From a virus (lineage: Duplodnaviria; Heunggongvirae; Uroviricota; Caudoviricetes), in the IMG/VR virus record IMGVR_UViG_3300045988_154477: a stretch of DNA of 64,000 nucleotides; one strand, given 5' to 3'. The first letter of the stretch is position 1, and each line of letters starts with the position of its first letter. Both the position numbers and the translations under genes were made by a program. Under the pieces are notes generated by a model. It made no database searches. It was not told the origin of the DNA and worked only from the letters and a program-made list of their open reading frames with translations. Below, piece by piece: positions 62,247 to 64,000 of this stretch.

Positions 62247-63098
62247 CTATTGCGCGCTTTCGGGGTTGTCGTTTACTGGCTGCCCCTTCTTAGTTTTACG
62301 GCTGCGCGTAACTGATGCGGCTGATTTGACCTTTTTCTCTTCGCGAGTGATGGCAATTTGTTTTTTTACATTTTCAATATCTGCCAGGCGATATATTTTT
62401 GCCTGCGGCCAGCGGTCGCAGATGATCGGTTCTATAGAGTCATAAAGGCTAAATTTTGCTTTCTCGAATTCACCGTTGATGATGATTCCATCACGGAGAG
62501 TTTCATCGCAGATAAACACACCACACAGCGGCACATGGTAACTAACTGATTTACCATCATTGTAGTTAGGGCTACTGGAAATGTAATGGACGCGCAGCAT
62601 TGTTTCGCTAAAGCCGTGTACACGCATACGGAATTTTTCATCCTCCGGGTACTGCTTCATTAGCTCTTTTGTTGCTTCCAGGTTCTCTATGTATTTCGCA
62701 CTGTGCTCATTGATCCCCGCGCTTTTCTGGATGCGAATGTCCTTATCAATCAGGTGAATAATGCGGCCAGCGGTCATGTTGACGCTGTTCACAGCTTCTG
62801 TCTGATAAGTTGTAACCTTACGCACACCGCGAAGGATGTTAGGCACTGGATATAAAATAGTCTTTGGGATATTGAGGTCTGGGTACTGTTCCAGTTCTCG
62901 CGCCATTAAAGTCCATTTATCAATTTCAGCCTGAATGCTGTCCGTTTCTTTGAACGGCAGGACGACAACCGGGCGAACAGGACGACCGTCGCTGGCGGCA
63001 TCAACGTGTTGGGCGCGTGCAACAGCTTTTTTTAGAAAGAGATCCCTGAAGCTGACGAACTCCTGGTACAGTTGTTCGCCGTAGACATAATTTATCAT
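62247..63098 (-). CDS. c1: primary repressor C1, 283 aa
   Basis: N-terminus MINYVYGEQLYQEF; GGAGGAGGA SD; many cognate operators in window. Confidence 0.75.
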   Translation of the reverse strand: MINYVYGEQLYQEFVSFRDLFLKKAVARAQHVDAASDGRPVRPVVVLPFKETDSIQAEIDKWTLMARELEQYPDLNIPKTILYPVPNILRGVRKVTTYQTEAVNSVNMTAGRIIHLIDKDIRIQKSAGINEHSAKYIENLEATKELMKQYPEDEKFRMRVHGFSETMLRVHYISSSPNYNDGKSVSYHVPLCGVFICDETLRDGIIINGEFEKAKFSLYDSIEPIICDRWPQAKIYRLADIENVKKQIAITREEKKVKSAASVTRSRKTKKGQPVNDNPESAQ

Positions 63099-63192
63099 TG
63101 ATCCTCCTCCAGAATTGACATGGCCAACAACTCACAGCGGATTACACTGGGAGTTGTTGGCCACCATTATAGAAGGATCCAACGAAAATAAT

Positions 63193-63209
63193 AGATTTAT
63201 TAGTGCATT
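63193..63209 (-). promoter_or_regulatory. C1 operator-like site between coi and c1
   Basis: Minus-sense AATGCACTAATAAATCT, 14/17. Confidence 0.4.
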
Positions 63210-63418
63210 TATTGTGAGTCTGGCTGGTTAGTGGCCATGAGATATTCGATTGTGTCAGTGAGATCATCCAGGTCGTCTTGGGTGATGCGGTACTCCTGAT
63301 TGGATATCTTTGAGTAGTGTTCAGCAATGGCGCGGGCAGCGTCGGTTTCGGCGGGGTCTACAGATAAAGCGTTAGAGCAATGTCTAACGTCGTCGATGGT
63401 TGGTGGAATGAAAGCCAT
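63209..63418 (-). CDS. coi: C1 inactivator Coi, 69 aa
   Basis: 69-aa acidic ORF directly upstream of c1. Confidence 0.5.
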   Translation of the reverse strand: MAFIPPTIDDVRHCSNALSVDPAETDAARAIAEHYSKISNQEYRITQDDLDDLTDTIEYLMATNQPDSQ

Positions 63419-63656
63419 AATTATGCCTCACTGTATTGACAACACAGAGCCTGAAGCTCTGACCTACTGTTTCACCCATGATCCATGCTGGGGTAATCTA
63501 ACAACATTGCGCTGTGTGTAAGATGAGCAATGCATAGCTGTAATGCCGTTGTATAAGGTTTCCCTGTTTGCTCATTTCCTTCTGAGCCGCTCTACAACGC
63601 TGAAGACACATTAAATAGTGAATCCAAAGTCGTATTACGAAACGGCGGCAAAACTA

Positions 63657-63673
63657 TAATTTATTAGAGCAAT
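63657..63673 (-). promoter_or_regulatory. C1 operator
   Basis: Minus-sense ATTGCTCTAATAAATTA, 16/17. Confidence 0.55.
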
Positions 63674-63739
63674 TGTCAAACAACTATGAAAAACAATCCA
63701 GTTTTTGGCTGGTGGAGTGGGATTTTTCTCTCAAAATTT

Positions 63740-63756
63740 ATTGCTCTAATAATTCT
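63740..63756 (+). promoter_or_regulatory. C1 operator
   Basis: ATTGCTCTAATAATTCT, 15/17. Confidence 0.5.
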
Positions 63757-63799
63757 TGATTTTTATGCGCAGCTGGACGTAAACTCCTCTTCAGACCTA

Positions 63800-63833
63800 A
63801 TAACTTCGTATAGCATACATTATACGAAGTTAT
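63800..63833. other. loxP recombination site
   Basis: Exact 34-bp ATAACTTCGTATA-GCATACAT-TATACGAAGTTAT. Confidence 0.95.
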
Positions 63834-64000
63834 CTTAAGGGTTATTGAACATGATCAATTTACCTGTAAATCCATACAGTTCAATACCTTATCAGGTCAA
63901 ATAGTGATCACTTGATCATTTGATCAAGGTTGCGCTACGTAAAATCTGTGAAATGTTGGCAGTGTTAGTGCTCCAGATTTCGCGTAGCGCACTTAGCACC

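Overview
This window reads as the right-hand two-thirds of a P1/P7-like temperate phage-plasmid, running from inside tail-fibre gene S to about 167 bp past a perfect loxP site; I found no unambiguous, self-contained novel system. All calls rest on motifs, gene order and recalled P1 biology, with no database search run. Content in order: a minus-strand tail-fibre/baseplate/Sit operon; an AT-rich trio of secreted proteins (Sim-like); immI (c4-like RNA, icd, ant); kilA-repL; a Hok/Mok-like type I toxin locus; a tube/sheath/capsid block; parS-parB-parA, incA iterons, repA, incC iterons and oriR; a spanin-like pair with a PAAR-like protein; uhr-hrdC-dmt; an operator-controlled tRNA/TerB/ban operon with three tRNAs and unexplained repeated RNA-like elements; a second baseplate operon; a long rightward block of accessory genes; humD behind a LexA box; phd-doc; lpa, pacA (with pac site), pacB; c1 and coi. 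Eighteen copies of the 17-bp C1 operator (ATTGCTCTAATAAATTT) and five candidate late promoters are marked. The best candidates for something new are the repeated structured elements in the tRNA cluster, a glycosyltransferase-like/phosphatase module at 41-44.6 kb, the Hok/Mok-like locus, and an AT-rich island at 54.4-55.5 kb. Many starts are approximate and small ORFs are low confidence.
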